A DNA stretch of 64,000 nucleotides. It comes from Candidatus Iainarchaeum sp. (lineage in GTDB: Archaea; Iainarchaeota; Iainarchaeia; Iainarchaeales; UBA10191). Location: the NCBI GenBank assembly GCA_030649735.1, contig JAUSFL010000008.1, positions 64,001 to 128,000 of the forward strand, in the 5' to 3' direction. The position numbers and the translations under genes were made by a program. This document shows positions 1 to 9,887 of the stretch, piece after piece. Under the pieces are notes generated by a model that ran no database searches, was not told where the DNA came from, and saw nothing but the letters and a program-made list of their open reading frames with translations. Position 1 is the stretch's first letter; each line of letters starts with the position of its first letter.

Positions 1-26
1 TTTGCTGTTCTTGATTTTGTTTTCAT
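1..26 (-). CDS. 5' start of a gene running off the window (MKTKSRTA...)
   Basis: ATG at 26 preceded by a GGAGG Shine-Dalgarno-like sequence; only 8 codons visible. Confidence 0.5.
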
Positions 27-72
27 TCAAAATTCCTCCATTGTGGTTGGTTAAAAGAAAAAAGGCAAGAAT

Positions 73-2172
73 TCAGTTCGCTGATTTTTTCCACTTTAAT
101 TTTGCTTCTTCAGAATTCTCGTTTTGGATTTTTGCCGCGAAATAAAATGCAGACACCGCAATTAATGCCAGAACAAGCAGTCCGAGCCAGAATGCGTTTG
201 CGCCGAGGACCGCGAATGCAGTGAACATTGCGGCAAAAGCCGGCCTGTTTGCCTTCAAGAGGATTGGCTCTGAAAAATTGAAGCCGGTGCTTGTTTGGAA
301 CAGCATTTGGGCCTGAACGTCTTTGTCATTAAATCCTGAAGGCGGCATTGCCTGAAGCATTATTGTCCTTGATTCCATTGCGCCTAAAGAAACATTTGGA
401 TTTCCCTGGATTTCCCACCCGCTCGGCAAGTCCACTTCAATGCTTCCTGAGACTGGAAAATTGCTTTGGTTTTGCACTGTAACATTCAAGTTGTAATTTC
501 CATCATTCAATGGCTGCACTGTTGTTTGAATGTCAATGTTTGGGTTTTGCTGAATTGGCTGGGGCTGCGGTTGTGGAGTTGCGGTAATTGCTTTGACCTT
601 GACTATTTTTGAAACCCTTGATAGTGTGGTGAAGTTTGGCAGGAAAATGTCGTAAAACAGCCATGCCTTGTTTGCGTCAAGATTGCTGATTGTTATTTTT
701 GCGCTAACGCTGTTTGAAGTGCTTGGAATCACAATTGCCTGAGGATCAACAAAAGCATCTGGACTGTATACTTTTATATAACCTGAATTTCCGGTGTTGT
801 TTACTATGGTTACTGTGATTTGCTGTGGGCCGTTTTCTGGAACTTGGATTGTTTCCGGAAAGAAAATCTGGAAATCGTTTTGATTTGGAGTTTCAGGGTC
901 GTCTTCAATTGCGCTGATTGAAAAGTCATTGTTTCCGATGCTGTCTGTTCCACAATATGAGTTGTCTTCAAACACCCCGGAAATCTTGAAAGTTCCTGAA
1001 GCTGTCTTTCCCGCGGAGTTTTCAAAACTGTCAACTCTTATTGGAACCTGCAGGGCGCCGTGCGCGTTAATGCTTGTTCCATCTGCCTTCAGGGCTGTTG
1101 TTGTGAAGAATTCTGAATCGTCAAAGGCCTGGATGCTTTCGACAAAGAATGCCTTGTCCGAGTCGTTTTTTACAATAAAATACTCTTTTTTTGAGTCGTT
1201 TTTTGCGAGAAAGAATCTTTTAGTGTAGGAAATAATATTTGAACAGGCTGTTGTCCCGCTAATGCTGTTTTCGCTTAAGTAATTGGTTGTTGTGTTGAAG
1301 CTGTCTACTGTGTTATAGCTGTCTGTGACATTGTTGTAGTAATAATTGCTTGGGCTTGCTCCTGAGAATTCTGCCGTGCTGTAATCAGTTGAACCGCTGT
1401 CTGTTTCTGCCTGTTGTATTTCGCTTCCTTTCACGTAAGTCTGGAAGTTTTCTGAAATGTCTGAGAAAGAACAATCCTGTTCTGAATCGTCAAAATAGCC
1501 TTCAATTTTCAAGTATGCTGTGGTGCTTTTGCTTTCGATTCCAGGGTCTGCCTGCACTCTCAAGGTAACTGTTCCGCTGCTGTTGTCTGGAATGAAATCG
1601 TCAATGCTATAAGGGTCTATTTCAACTTCTGAGTCGTTTTCCACGACAATAACTCGGGAAATGCTGAAAATGAAGTTTGACTTGTTGTCTATGTAAAAGT
1701 CTTCATAGCTTGTCTGGCCTTCATTGATTGTTATTGGCCTTGTTGCAATGTCGATGTCAGTGCAGTATGGCTTGTCTATTTGCTCAACAGAGCTTATCAT
1801 TGAGTAATCTGTTGAGTAAAATGCTGTCGGGTAGTAATAGTAGCTGTAGGTTGGGTTGTACCAGTAATTGTCATAATAGCGCCAGGCATTGTCTCTGTAC
1901 CAATTATTGCCGTTGTAATAGAACCAGCCGGAATTTTGATAGTACCACTGGCTGTTGTAGTTGTAGCGAAAATTGTTTGGAAAATAATAATAATCGCTTC
2001 CGTAATAATAGTAAGGGTCTGCAGAGTAATAGTATCCGTTGTTCTTGTAAATTTCAAAATAAACCTGCCCCGGCCCCCATTGCATTGTCAAGCCAGAATA
2101 GCCTGCCGCCTGTACTGTGCAAACCATTGCAATTAGTGCCATTGCAGTTAAGAAAATGTTTCTCAATTTCAC
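73..2172 (-). CDS. Secreted, C-terminally anchored surface protein with Tyr/Asn-rich N-terminal region and repeated Ig-like domains
   Basis: Signal peptide; Y/N/W-rich tract; two similar Cys-bracketed beta-rich repeats (KIEGYFDD..C / KISGVFED..C); PQ linker; C-terminal TM helix plus basic tail. Confidence 0.8.
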   Translation of the reverse strand: MKLRNIFLTAMALIAMVCTVQAAGYSGLTMQWGPGQVYFEIYKNNGYYYSADPYYYYGSDYYYFPNNFRYNYNSQWYYQNSGWFYYNGNNWYRDNAWRYYDNYWYNPTYSYYYYPTAFYSTDYSMISSVEQIDKPYCTDIDIATRPITINEGQTSYEDFYIDNKSNFIFSISRVIVVENDSEVEIDPYSIDDFIPDNSSGTVTLRVQADPGIESKSTTAYLKIEGYFDDSEQDCSFSDISENFQTYVKGSEIQQAETDSGSTDYSTAEFSGASPSNYYYNNVTDSYNTVDSFNTTTNYLSENSISGTTACSNIISYTKRFFLAKNDSKKEYFIVKNDSDKAFFVESIQAFDDSEFFTTTALKADGTSINAHGALQVPIRVDSFENSAGKTASGTFKISGVFEDNSYCGTDSIGNNDFSISAIEDDPETPNQNDFQIFFPETIQVPENGPQQITVTIVNNTGNSGYIKVYSPDAFVDPQAIVIPSTSNSVSAKITISNLDANKAWLFYDIFLPNFTTLSRVSKIVKVKAITATPQPQPQPIQQNPNIDIQTTVQPLNDGNYNLNVTVQNQSNFPVSGSIEVDLPSGWEIQGNPNVSLGAMESRTIMLQAMPPSGFNDKDVQAQMLFQTSTGFNFSEPILLKANRPAFAAMFTAFAVLGANAFWLGLLVLALIAVSAFYFAAKIQNENSEEAKLKWKKSAN

Positions 2173-2188
2173 TCTTCAAACACCTTTT

Positions 2189-2713
2189 TTAATTATAGTA
2201 ATATGGTGAATAATAGCCGTAATTGTAGTTTGTTTGGTATGGTGAATATGTATTGTATGTTGCGGCGTAAGGGTATCCGCCAATTGAGTCTGCGTAATAA
2301 GTTCCATAAGTGGTTAATGGCGGCCTTTGGTTGTCATAGCTTACTACTGAGTTAGAATAGTATGTTGGAGTATAGACTGCGGTGTATGTTGGATAATAGT
2401 AGCTTGGCGTGTAATAGCTTGGTTCATAATATGAATTGGAATAATAACTGTCGCTGTAATAACTCGGAGCGCTGTAGTTTGAGTAATAGCTTGGCTCGTA
2501 ATAATTATCTGAATAATAGCTTGGCGCAGAGTAGCTGTCAGAGTATGAGTAATTTACTGCGCAGTATGTGCAGTCGCCGTTAGAGTAGCTTAGGTTGAGA
2601 GAGTAGGATTTTGCGCTTACTGCCTGTGCGAGGATAAATACTCCTAAAACAATTGCGGCAAACTTGAGAACATTTTTGACAATATTCTTTGAGTCCATAA
2701 TATTAACTTCCAT
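2189..2713 (-). CDS. Small secreted Tyr/Ser-rich repeat protein
   Basis: Signal peptide, CxxC, repeats of (A/E/T)PSYY; start may be the ATG at 2698. Confidence 0.75.
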   Translation of the reverse strand: MEVNIMDSKNIVKNVLKFAAIVLGVFILAQAVSAKSYSLNLSYSNGDCTYCAVNYSYSDSYSAPSYYSDNYYEPSYYSNYSAPSYYSDSYYSNSYYEPSYYTPSYYYPTYTAVYTPTYYSNSVVSYDNQRPPLTTYGTYYADSIGGYPYAATYNTYSPYQTNYNYGYYSPYYYN

Positions 2714-2773
2714 GCAAGAAGTATTTAAACTTAACCCCCCTTTAACTAGAAACAGTTAATTATTATGTAGTTG

Positions 2774-4204
2774 TTAGCCTTTCATAACGCCTAATGGCCT
2801 TAATTTTACCACGATTTTTCCAATTCCCGCAAGCTCCACGCTTTTCACAACTTCATCAACGTCCTTATATGCTTCAGGCATTTCTTCAGCCAATCCTTTA
2901 ATGCTCAATGCTTTCACAATCTCGCCTTTTGCCTCCAGTTCTGCCTTCACTTGCGCTCCGCTTTTTTGCTGCATTGCGCCATGCCTTGACATTACCCTGC
3001 CTGCTCCGTGACAAACTGATCCAAAGCTTTCTTCCATTCCCTTTTCAGTTCCCACAAGCACATAGCTTGCAGTTCCCATAGAGCCCGGAATTATTGCTGG
3101 ATGGCCTGTTGAGCGATAGACTTTTGGATTGTCCTTGTGCTCTGCAGGGAAAGCGCGCGTGGCGCCTTTCCTGTGCACTAGAACTTCCTTTTTTTTGCCG
3201 TCAATCCTGTGCTTTTCAAACTTTGCAATATTGTGTGACACATCATACAAGTGGTTTAAGCCCAGTGATTCAGCATCTTGCTTGAAAACATGCTCAAAAG
3301 CTTCCCTAACCCAGTGCATCATTGCCTGCCTGTTCGCGAAAGCAAAGTTTGTTCCCGCATTCATTGCATTCAAGTAATCCTGGCCTTCCTTTGAAGAAAT
3401 CGGCGCGCAAGCCAATTGCCTGTCTGGAACTTGAATGTTGTACTTTTGCATTGCATTGAGCATTGTTTCAATGTAATCGCTTGCAATCTGGTGCCCGCAG
3501 CCCCTGCTGCCTGAATGAATCATGACAACAATTTGCCCTTCTTTCAAGCCGAAGGCTTTTGCAATTCTTGCATCCAGGATTTTCTCGACTTTTTGCACTT
3601 CAATGAAATGGTTTCCGCTGCCTAGAGTGCCAATTTGCGGCATTCCCCTCTGCAATGCCTTTATTGAAACCTTGCTAACATCAGCCTGCTTTAAACAACC
3701 GTAATCTTCAATTCGTTCAAGATCTTCCTTCCACCCATAGCCTTTGTTCACTATCCATTCTGCGCCTTGCTCCAAGACTTCCTTTAGTTCCTTGTCGCTG
3801 AGCTTTAGCTTTCCCTTGCTTCCGACTCCGGATGGAATTTGCTTGAACAATTCATCCATTAATTCCTTCAATTTTGGCCTGATTTCTTTTTCATTCAAAT
3901 CAGTCAGCAAAACCCTGACTCCACAGCTTATGTCAAATCCAACTCCGCCAGGGCTTACAATCCCTTCCTCCAAGTCAAAGGCGGCCACTCCGCCTATGGC
4001 AAATCCATATCCATTGTGCACATCAGGCATGGCAATTGAATATTTTTGAATTCCCGGAAGCTCTGCTACGTTTTTAATTTGCTGAAGTGCGCCTTGCTCC
4101 ACAGCGGTTACAATTTTTTCAGTGCCAAAAATTCTCCCAGGAACCCGCATTTTGCCTTCTTGGGGAATCTCCCAAATTGCTTCTGAAAGTTTTGTGGCAG
4201 TCAT
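2774..4204 (-). CDS. rtcB: RNA-splicing ligase RtcB
   Basis: Motifs MPDVHxGYGFxIGG, DISCG, GSGNHF, HSGSRG, HRKGA, HGAGR; start placed at MTATK. Confidence 0.97.
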   Translation of the reverse strand: MTATKLSEAIWEIPQEGKMRVPGRIFGTEKIVTAVEQGALQQIKNVAELPGIQKYSIAMPDVHNGYGFAIGGVAAFDLEEGIVSPGGVGFDISCGVRVLLTDLNEKEIRPKLKELMDELFKQIPSGVGSKGKLKLSDKELKEVLEQGAEWIVNKGYGWKEDLERIEDYGCLKQADVSKVSIKALQRGMPQIGTLGSGNHFIEVQKVEKILDARIAKAFGLKEGQIVVMIHSGSRGCGHQIASDYIETMLNAMQKYNIQVPDRQLACAPISSKEGQDYLNAMNAGTNFAFANRQAMMHWVREAFEHVFKQDAESLGLNHLYDVSHNIAKFEKHRIDGKKKEVLVHRKGATRAFPAEHKDNPKVYRSTGHPAIIPGSMGTASYVLVGTEKGMEESFGSVCHGAGRVMSRHGAMQQKSGAQVKAELEAKGEIVKALSIKGLAEEMPEAYKDVDEVVKSVELAGIGKIVVKLRPLGVMKG

Positions 4205-4257
4205 GAAAGAATCTTCCTTGCAAATCATTTTATAGCGTTTTGCAGCATGATTCAATA

Positions 4258-4899
4258 ATGTCAAAAAAGGGCAGTGTTTTGCATTCTTTCTATTCTGAAA
4301 AAACCCAAAGGTTTTACAGGCTTGTTGAAGTGCAGGGCGATTTTCCCTGCCTTGAAATTTCAGGCATTAAAATGCACTGCCAAGGGGCAGGCATCAAAAG
4401 CACAGTCAATGCAATGGCTGCAAGCCTTAAGCCTGTGAGGGGAAAAGTTTTGGATTGCTGTTTTGGCCAAGGCTATGCTGTCTTGGAGCTTGCAAGACAG
4501 CCTGGCGTTGAAAAAGTGTTTTCTTTTGAAAAAGATCCTAATGTGCTTGAAATCGCGCGCGTTAATGAATTCTCAAAAAGCGTTTTTGAAAATCCAAAAG
4601 TATTGGTTGCAAACCGGCCTGTTGAGGAAGCATTGAAAGAATTTCCTTCAGGGTTTTTTGATGCAGTACTGCATGACCCGCCTTCAATGAAAATTGCCGG
4701 AGAGCTTTACTCGCAAGAGTTTTACAACTTGCTGTTTCAAAAACTCAAGAAAGGCGGAAAACTGTTTCATTATGTTGGCTCGCCTGGAAAAAAGTCTGGA
4801 AAAGACATAAGGCGCGGAGTCATTGAAAGGCTGAAAAAGGCAGGATTCAAGCAGGTTTTGGAAGTCCCGAAAGCTTTGGGACTTTTGGCTGTTAAATAA
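4258..4899 (+). CDS. Class I SAM-dependent methyltransferase (COG2521-like archaeal type)
   Basis: VLDCCFGQGY motif I, FEKD, HDPP motif IV, GELYS, LFHYVG. Confidence 0.85.
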   Translation: MSKKGSVLHSFYSEKTQRFYRLVEVQGDFPCLEISGIKMHCQGAGIKSTVNAMAASLKPVRGKVLDCCFGQGYAVLELARQPGVEKVFSFEKDPNVLEIARVNEFSKSVFENPKVLVANRPVEEALKEFPSGFFDAVLHDPPSMKIAGELYSQEFYNLLFQKLKKGGKLFHYVGSPGKKSGKDIRRGVIERLKKAGFKQVLEVPKALGLLAVK

Positions 4900-4940
4900 T
4901 CCTGCAAATGCTTTTAAACAAAAAAGGCCTGTTTGAAATT

Positions 4941-5615
4941 ATGGTTTCAAAAAAACTGAAAGTCCTCATTGTTCTAATTATTTTTGCGGCAGTAATGCTT
5001 TCTTACTTTTACTATGTCGGCGAAAGAGAAAAGGAGCAATTCAATAAATTATCAGCTCTTATTTCAAGTAACCAAAAGCTTGAAGCAGTTGTCTCTTTGG
5101 TTTTATTGGTAACAAAGCTTGACCAAGTTAGGTTTGATGCTAACTTGGCTGACTCTAACTTATTTTCAGAATGCAGCGAGGCAAATCGTTTGGGAATGCA
5201 GGAATGCAATAAGAAATGCAAGGTTGGCAGAACTCCCGACGGGGTGTTAGCCTGCAGCAATGACTGCTATGTGCCAGTTGGCGAAAAATTTTATGAATGC
5301 ATTGGAAGGCCTGAAGTCAATGTACAGCTCCGCGAATGCCGTTCTGATTATTTGAAATGCGTTGATAATTTTTCTCCAAACAATGATATTAAAGAATCCT
5401 GTAAAGCCGCCGCAATTTCCCTGCATGATTTTTCAGGGGCTTTTTTGAAAAGCAATTCAATCTTTCTTGGCGCAAGCGTTACGATTAGCCAAATAGCTTC
5501 TTTTGGGGGCGCAAGCGAATCTGATGCTTGGAAGGTAAGTTCTAAAGAGCAGACACTTTTAGCAGACTGCATTTCAAAAATCCAAAAAATTAAGAAGCCT
5601 TCAAACGTCCAGTAG
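4941..5615 (+). CDS. Membrane-anchored Cys-rich hypothetical protein
   Basis: N-terminal TM helix, several CxxxC motifs; TTTTAAA box upstream of ATG 4941. Confidence 0.65.
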   Translation: MVSKKLKVLIVLIIFAAVMLSYFYYVGEREKEQFNKLSALISSNQKLEAVVSLVLLVTKLDQVRFDANLADSNLFSECSEANRLGMQECNKKCKVGRTPDGVLACSNDCYVPVGEKFYECIGRPEVNVQLRECRSDYLKCVDNFSPNNDIKESCKAAAISLHDFSGAFLKSNSIFLGASVTISQIASFGGASESDAWKVSSKEQTLLADCISKIQKIKKPSNVQ

Positions 5616-6029
5616 CACAGTGCTTTCCCAGCCTTCCTTGGTTTTTTTCAGGGAAAAATCGTTCCAAGTGACTGCTTTCACGTCAGTCTTTATTTCATGC
5701 CTTGTTGAGTTAATTCTTTCTCCAATGATTTTCCCGCTCAACTGCACCCAGCTGTTCTTGCTTTCGCCAAACTTGAGCTCGGCTTTTGCCGTGAGAAACT
5801 CTTCAACCTGGAATTGGAAAAGAATTTCTTCCAAAAACTTGTGCAGCAAATCTTCATAATTTTCAGCGTCAAGCTCTATTGGCCTGTTGAGCTTTGGGCT
5901 TATTGTTTTCTCGTCAACCAAAGTGTGCACTAAAGCGCGCGCTGAGTTTGAAAAGCATTCGCCCATTGTTTTTCCGACTGCCTTGAACTTCACGTCTGCA
6001 GTGTGCTCCAAAAATTCAATGTTTTGCAT
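5601..6029 (-). CDS. Archease (RtcB activator)
   Basis: EHTADV N-terminal motif, VKAVT motif, C-terminal LDV. Confidence 0.95.
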   Translation of the reverse strand: MQNIEFLEHTADVKFKAVGKTMGECFSNSARALVHTLVDEKTISPKLNRPIELDAENYEDLLHKFLEEILFQFQVEEFLTAKAELKFGESKNSWVQLSGKIIGERINSTRHEIKTDVKAVTWNDFSLKKTKEGWESTVLLDV

Positions 6030-6071
6030 TTACAACCAATTTATAATAATTCAACCTGTTTTAAATATATT

Positions 6072-7391
6072 ATGAAAAGGCAAAAAAGCCGGGATTCTGG
6101 ATTTTTAGGGCGCCTGGACAAGGGATTGTTCATTGTCTTGCTCGCTGCCTTGGCTGGAATAGTGCTTTTGCAGGCAATGGCAAACATTTCTTCAGACTCT
6201 GTTGATTATTATGCCATTTTGCAGAAGACAGTCAGCAGCCCCTCGCAAGCCCCAATTGTTGCAAACCTTCATTTTATGGGGCAGCGGTTTCCTGGCTATC
6301 CATTAACTGCCTTGATTCCTTACGCTTTTGCCGCATTTTTTATCGGCCCTTTTGTTGAAAAGCAGGCAATAATTGACGTGCCCAAGTTTCAAAATCAAGG
6401 CATTGGGAATGAAGGCCAGCCGAAAGAGTTGATTCCAAGCAGGCCTTTGCCAATTTTTGCAATTTTTTTCAAGGAAATAACAATCAAGCCGCAGAATGGA
6501 TTGTTTGACTGGAAGATTGCGTTTGCATTGCTTTTCACAAGCTTTGCGCTCTTGTTTTTGGGAATTTTCTTCATTGCAAAAACCCTGCTTAAAGAAAAAG
6601 CAGGGAGCATTGCAGGAATTTCATTGGCTGCAATTGCGGTTTTCTTGTCCCCAAGCCTAATGCAGAATGCGATTCAGACCCCAATGTACGCAACGCTTGC
6701 AGCCTTTGGATTCTCGGCAATTTTCGCTTACTTTTTCATCAATGCATTCAGGCAGTATTCTGCAAGGAACGCGTTTTTTGCAGGAATCTTCCTTGGCGCT
6801 TTGGCAATAACCCGGCTTGAAGGATTTGTGTTTTTGATTGTTATTGCAGTAATGCTTGCGCTTTGGGAAAAGATTGATCTTTTGAAAAACTTGCTTTTGG
6901 GTCTTGCTCCTTTTGTAATTATTTTGCTCGCGTATAATTTTGCAATGTTTGGCAATGCATTTCATTTTGGCTTTCTGGCTGGAGACATTAATAAGATTGG
7001 ATTTGACATTGGCTACGCGTTCGCAAACCTTGCAAACCCCGCATCAGGAATTTTGTTTTATTCGCCAATTGTTGTTTTGGGAATTGCCGGGCTTTTTTTG
7101 AGCCGCAAAAAGCATTTTGAAATTTTGGGGCTTTGTGCAATTGCATTGATTGTTTTGATGCTTTTCAGGATTCCTGTAATGTACTCTTGCACTGGAGAGA
7201 ACGTAATTATTGGCGGAGTTGACGTTGGCTGCGCCAGCACTGAAATGCAAAAGCTTGCTTTGGTCCAGTCTGACGCAAATAGGTACGTGACTGTGCTGAT
7301 TCCTTTCGCGGTTTTTGGAATCCGCGAATTGATCGCCGCAATTTTCAGAAAAAGGGGGAAGAGAAAGAATGAAGCTTGGCTTTCTTCATGA
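6072..7391 (+). CDS. Polytopic membrane protein, GT-C glycosyltransferase-like
   Basis: About 10 TM helices, SDSVDYY in first loop, RFPGYP, TRLE, NRY motifs. Confidence 0.6.
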   Translation: MKRQKSRDSGFLGRLDKGLFIVLLAALAGIVLLQAMANISSDSVDYYAILQKTVSSPSQAPIVANLHFMGQRFPGYPLTALIPYAFAAFFIGPFVEKQAIIDVPKFQNQGIGNEGQPKELIPSRPLPIFAIFFKEITIKPQNGLFDWKIAFALLFTSFALLFLGIFFIAKTLLKEKAGSIAGISLAAIAVFLSPSLMQNAIQTPMYATLAAFGFSAIFAYFFINAFRQYSARNAFFAGIFLGALAITRLEGFVFLIVIAVMLALWEKIDLLKNLLLGLAPFVIILLAYNFAMFGNAFHFGFLAGDINKIGFDIGYAFANLANPASGILFYSPIVVLGIAGLFLSRKKHFEILGLCAIALIVLMLFRIPVMYSCTGENVIIGGVDVGCASTEMQKLALVQSDANRYVTVLIPFAVFGIRELIAAIFRKRGKRKNEAWLSS

Positions 7392-7860
7392 ATTGTGGAA
7401 AAGGATTCTGCAGGCAAAAATTCAATTCCTGGCTTCAATAATCCTTGGGTTGATTTCAGTCGCCTTGGGAATTATTGCATGGACTGCCTTTGGCTCTGAT
7501 GAATTTGCGAGGTTGAACTTGCTTGCAATTGTCGCAATTATCGGGTTAATTGGATTGCTGGTTCCTGTGTGGGTTGGTTTTGATTTGAGGAAGAAAGGCG
7601 CTTCTTTTTGGTATGCTGCGATTGTTGGAGCGACTGTTTCCGGAGTTGCCGGAACTTTGATTGGCGCCTTGAACTTGCTAATTATTGCTCCATTGGCTCC
7701 TGCTTTCTCGCAGCCTTTTGGGCCTAGTGCTTTGGCTTTTGGAGCCTTTAGCACTGGCTTTGGCTTTGAAGGATTCTTGATTGGAAGAACTGTTGCTTCC
7801 ATTGCAGGAGCATTGCTTGCATTGCTTGGCGCTTTGCTTTCAAATTTTTCTAAAAAATAG
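7369..7860 (+). CDS. Hypothetical membrane protein (about 4 TM helices)
   Basis: Hydrophobic Gly/Ala-rich ORF overlapping the upstream gene's end. Confidence 0.7.
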   Translation: MKLGFLHELWKRILQAKIQFLASIILGLISVALGIIAWTAFGSDEFARLNLLAIVAIIGLIGLLVPVWVGFDLRKKGASFWYAAIVGATVSGVAGTLIGALNLLIIAPLAPAFSQPFGPSALAFGAFSTGFGFEGFLIGRTVASIAGALLALLGALLSNFSKK

Positions 7861-7933
7861 CATTAATTTTTCTTTTTCTTTTTTCGTTTATATTTCCAAA
7901 AAGCTTAATAGCCTGAATTTGCTTATTTCAATT

Positions 7934-8494
7934 ATGCCTAGAGAACCGCCGAAAAGGCCTGAAAGGCCTGGAAGAGGATTTCCTGAAGAAGATCCAATGT
8001 CTGTCAGGCGCAAAGTTGTTGAACGGGCAGCCAAGCAAAGGGAAATTGCAAAAGAAAAAGGCGCTCAGGAACTTTTGAAAAAAAGTCGCCTTAGGCATTG
8101 CCAGGCCGGAGGTTTTATTGACTTGAATCCACGCACTGAAAAGGGAATTTTTTTGCGCTTGTTTGTTAAGGGAAAAAAGGGAAAATTGCAGAGAGTTGTA
8201 GTGCAGCCTGGAGTGCAAAAATTCAAGTTTTTGGAGGACACAGTCCATAATTTGAAGCGCGAGCTTTCCCATTATGGCCGGGTTTTGAATTCTGAAAATT
8301 CGGAAATAACTCTTTACGGCCAGAGAAACATGATGTCTTTTGTTCAAAAAGGCCCAAAGCTAGGGGTTGTGAAAATAATTGTCGAGGCCTTTCCTTTTTT
8401 CAAGTTCACTGAGGCAACAAGCCTTTTCTTTGACAGAAAAGGAGATTTGATTATAGAGCACATTCAAAGCCCTTGGGAAGAGCCAAAAAAATAA
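7934..8494 (+). CDS. Orphan basic protein with MPREPPKRPERP N-terminus
   Basis: TTAATA box about 24 nt upstream of ATG 7934; no recognisable domain. Confidence 0.7.
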   Translation: MPREPPKRPERPGRGFPEEDPMSVRRKVVERAAKQREIAKEKGAQELLKKSRLRHCQAGGFIDLNPRTEKGIFLRLFVKGKKGKLQRVVVQPGVQKFKFLEDTVHNLKRELSHYGRVLNSENSEITLYGQRNMMSFVQKGPKLGVVKIIVEAFPFFKFTEATSLFFDRKGDLIIEHIQSPWEEPKK

Positions 8495-8585
8495 TTAGTT
8501 TTCTTTCAGTTCGATTTCAACGTGACTGGTACTGGAAATAGTTCTATTTCTTTAGTTATTAAAAAAAAAATAAAAATTGCCCGGA

Positions 8586-9242
8586 TTATGCGGGCAATTG
8601 CGGAGCATTTGGAACTATTGGAGTTCCGGAAAGCTGGCAATCTGAAGTAACCCTTGCAACAAAGGTCATTCCAACCATAGTTTGAGTCAATTTATCCGCA
8701 GATACTGCTCCATTAGTAACTGCGTTATTTCCCCAAGATTGAGTTTCAGGATACCATGCGTAAACTCCTTGCAAAGTGCAATTTTTGAAAAAATCATTCA
8801 AGTTCAATCCACTGTTGACCATTGCTTGAGTAATGCTCAGAAAATTCCAGCCTTTGAAAAGCTTTTTTTCTAAAAAACTACTACTATTTGAATAATCTGT
8901 GTTTATAGTCAATGTTATTGGACTTGAAAAATACATCCAAGTACCGGTTCCGACTTCATTTGGGATTAAATAACTGTCATTAGAATATAGGTTACTTGGT
9001 AATGATGTGCCATTAACACTTCCATTGACAGTTAAGCTGCCGCCATAATATTTGTTGTCAAGAGGAGAATATACCCAAACGTACTTCGCATTCCCAAATA
9101 CTTTGCTATCATTAATCTGCCCAGCACTTGTTCCGCCTGGAATAATATTCCAACCAGAGTAAATCTTAAGATCTTGCATTGCTGCGGATCCAAAACTCGC
9201 AAGCATAAGCAGAACTGCACTAATCAATAGTATTTTTTTCAT
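8586..9242 (-). CDS. Secreted protein with two GWN repeats and C-terminal PQLPA
   Basis: Signal peptide; IYSGWNII and LFKGWNFL repeats. Confidence 0.8.
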   Translation of the reverse strand: MKKILLISAVLLMLASFGSAAMQDLKIYSGWNIIPGGTSAGQINDSKVFGNAKYVWVYSPLDNKYYGGSLTVNGSVNGTSLPSNLYSNDSYLIPNEVGTGTWMYFSSPITLTINTDYSNSSSFLEKKLFKGWNFLSITQAMVNSGLNLNDFFKNCTLQGVYAWYPETQSWGNNAVTNGAVSADKLTQTMVGMTFVARVTSDCQLSGTPIVPNAPQLPA

Positions 9243-9259
9243 TCTTCAAAACCTCCAAG

Positions 9260-9460
9260 TTATGCCGGCAATGCTGGCGGTTGTGGAACTGCAGCATTTG
9301 CGTTATTGTTTGCTCCGTTATCTTCCGGCAGTGCTGGAGGACTTGGAACATTATTGTTTGAGTTATTATTGTTAATTGGGTTTGTTTGAGTGCAGCCAAA
9401 CAACAAAACGCTTGAACTAACCAAAACCAACAAGATTAGAATAGAAATTTTAGAATTCAT
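9260..9460 (-). CDS. Small putative lipoprotein with two PPALP motifs
   Basis: Lipobox-like LLFGC, Asn-rich linkers. Confidence 0.7.
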   Translation of the reverse strand: MNSKISILILLVLVSSSVLLFGCTQTNPINNNNSNNNVPSPPALPEDNGANNNANAAVPQPPALPA

Positions 9461-9530
9461 TTAGGATTCAGCTTTAAAGTAGTATAATACTGTTTTTGCG
9501 GGTTTAAGAAATTTGAATAAAGGACTAGAA

Positions 9531-9845
9531 CTAATTCTCCTTAAGCTCTATTTCAACGTGCACTGATTCCGGGATTTCAACGCGCATTATGTGCCTTAAA
9601 GTCCTTTCGTCGGCTTCAATGTCAATTAGCCTTTTGTGCACTCGCATGTGCCATCTTTCGTAGCTTTCAGTTCCGCCACCGTTGGGGGATTTTCTGCATG
9701 CAATGACCATTTTTTTTGTAGGGAGTGGAATGATTCCAGAATGTTTGACTCCTGTTCGTTTTGCAACTTCAGTGATTTGGTTGCAGATGTCTGTCAACTG
9801 CTTGAAGTCAGTGCAGCTTAATTTTATTCTTGCTTTCTGTGTCAT
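9531..9845 (-). CDS. rps10: 30S ribosomal protein uS10
   Basis: IPLPTK, RKSP, MRVHKRLIDI motifs; follows EF-1A. Confidence 0.97.
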   Translation of the reverse strand: MTQKARIKLSCTDFKQLTDICNQITEVAKRTGVKHSGIIPLPTKKMVIACRKSPNGGGTESYERWHMRVHKRLIDIEADERTLRHIMRVEIPESVHVEIELKEN

Positions 9846-9887
9846 TCTGGCTCACCAAGTAAAAAAAATAAATTGAAAAAGCAATTT

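Noticed and set aside
2340-2560. CRISPR-like or DNA tandem repeats
   Set aside because: The repeats are in-frame coding repeats of PSYY with synonymous variation; no repeat-spacer array was seen anywhere in the window
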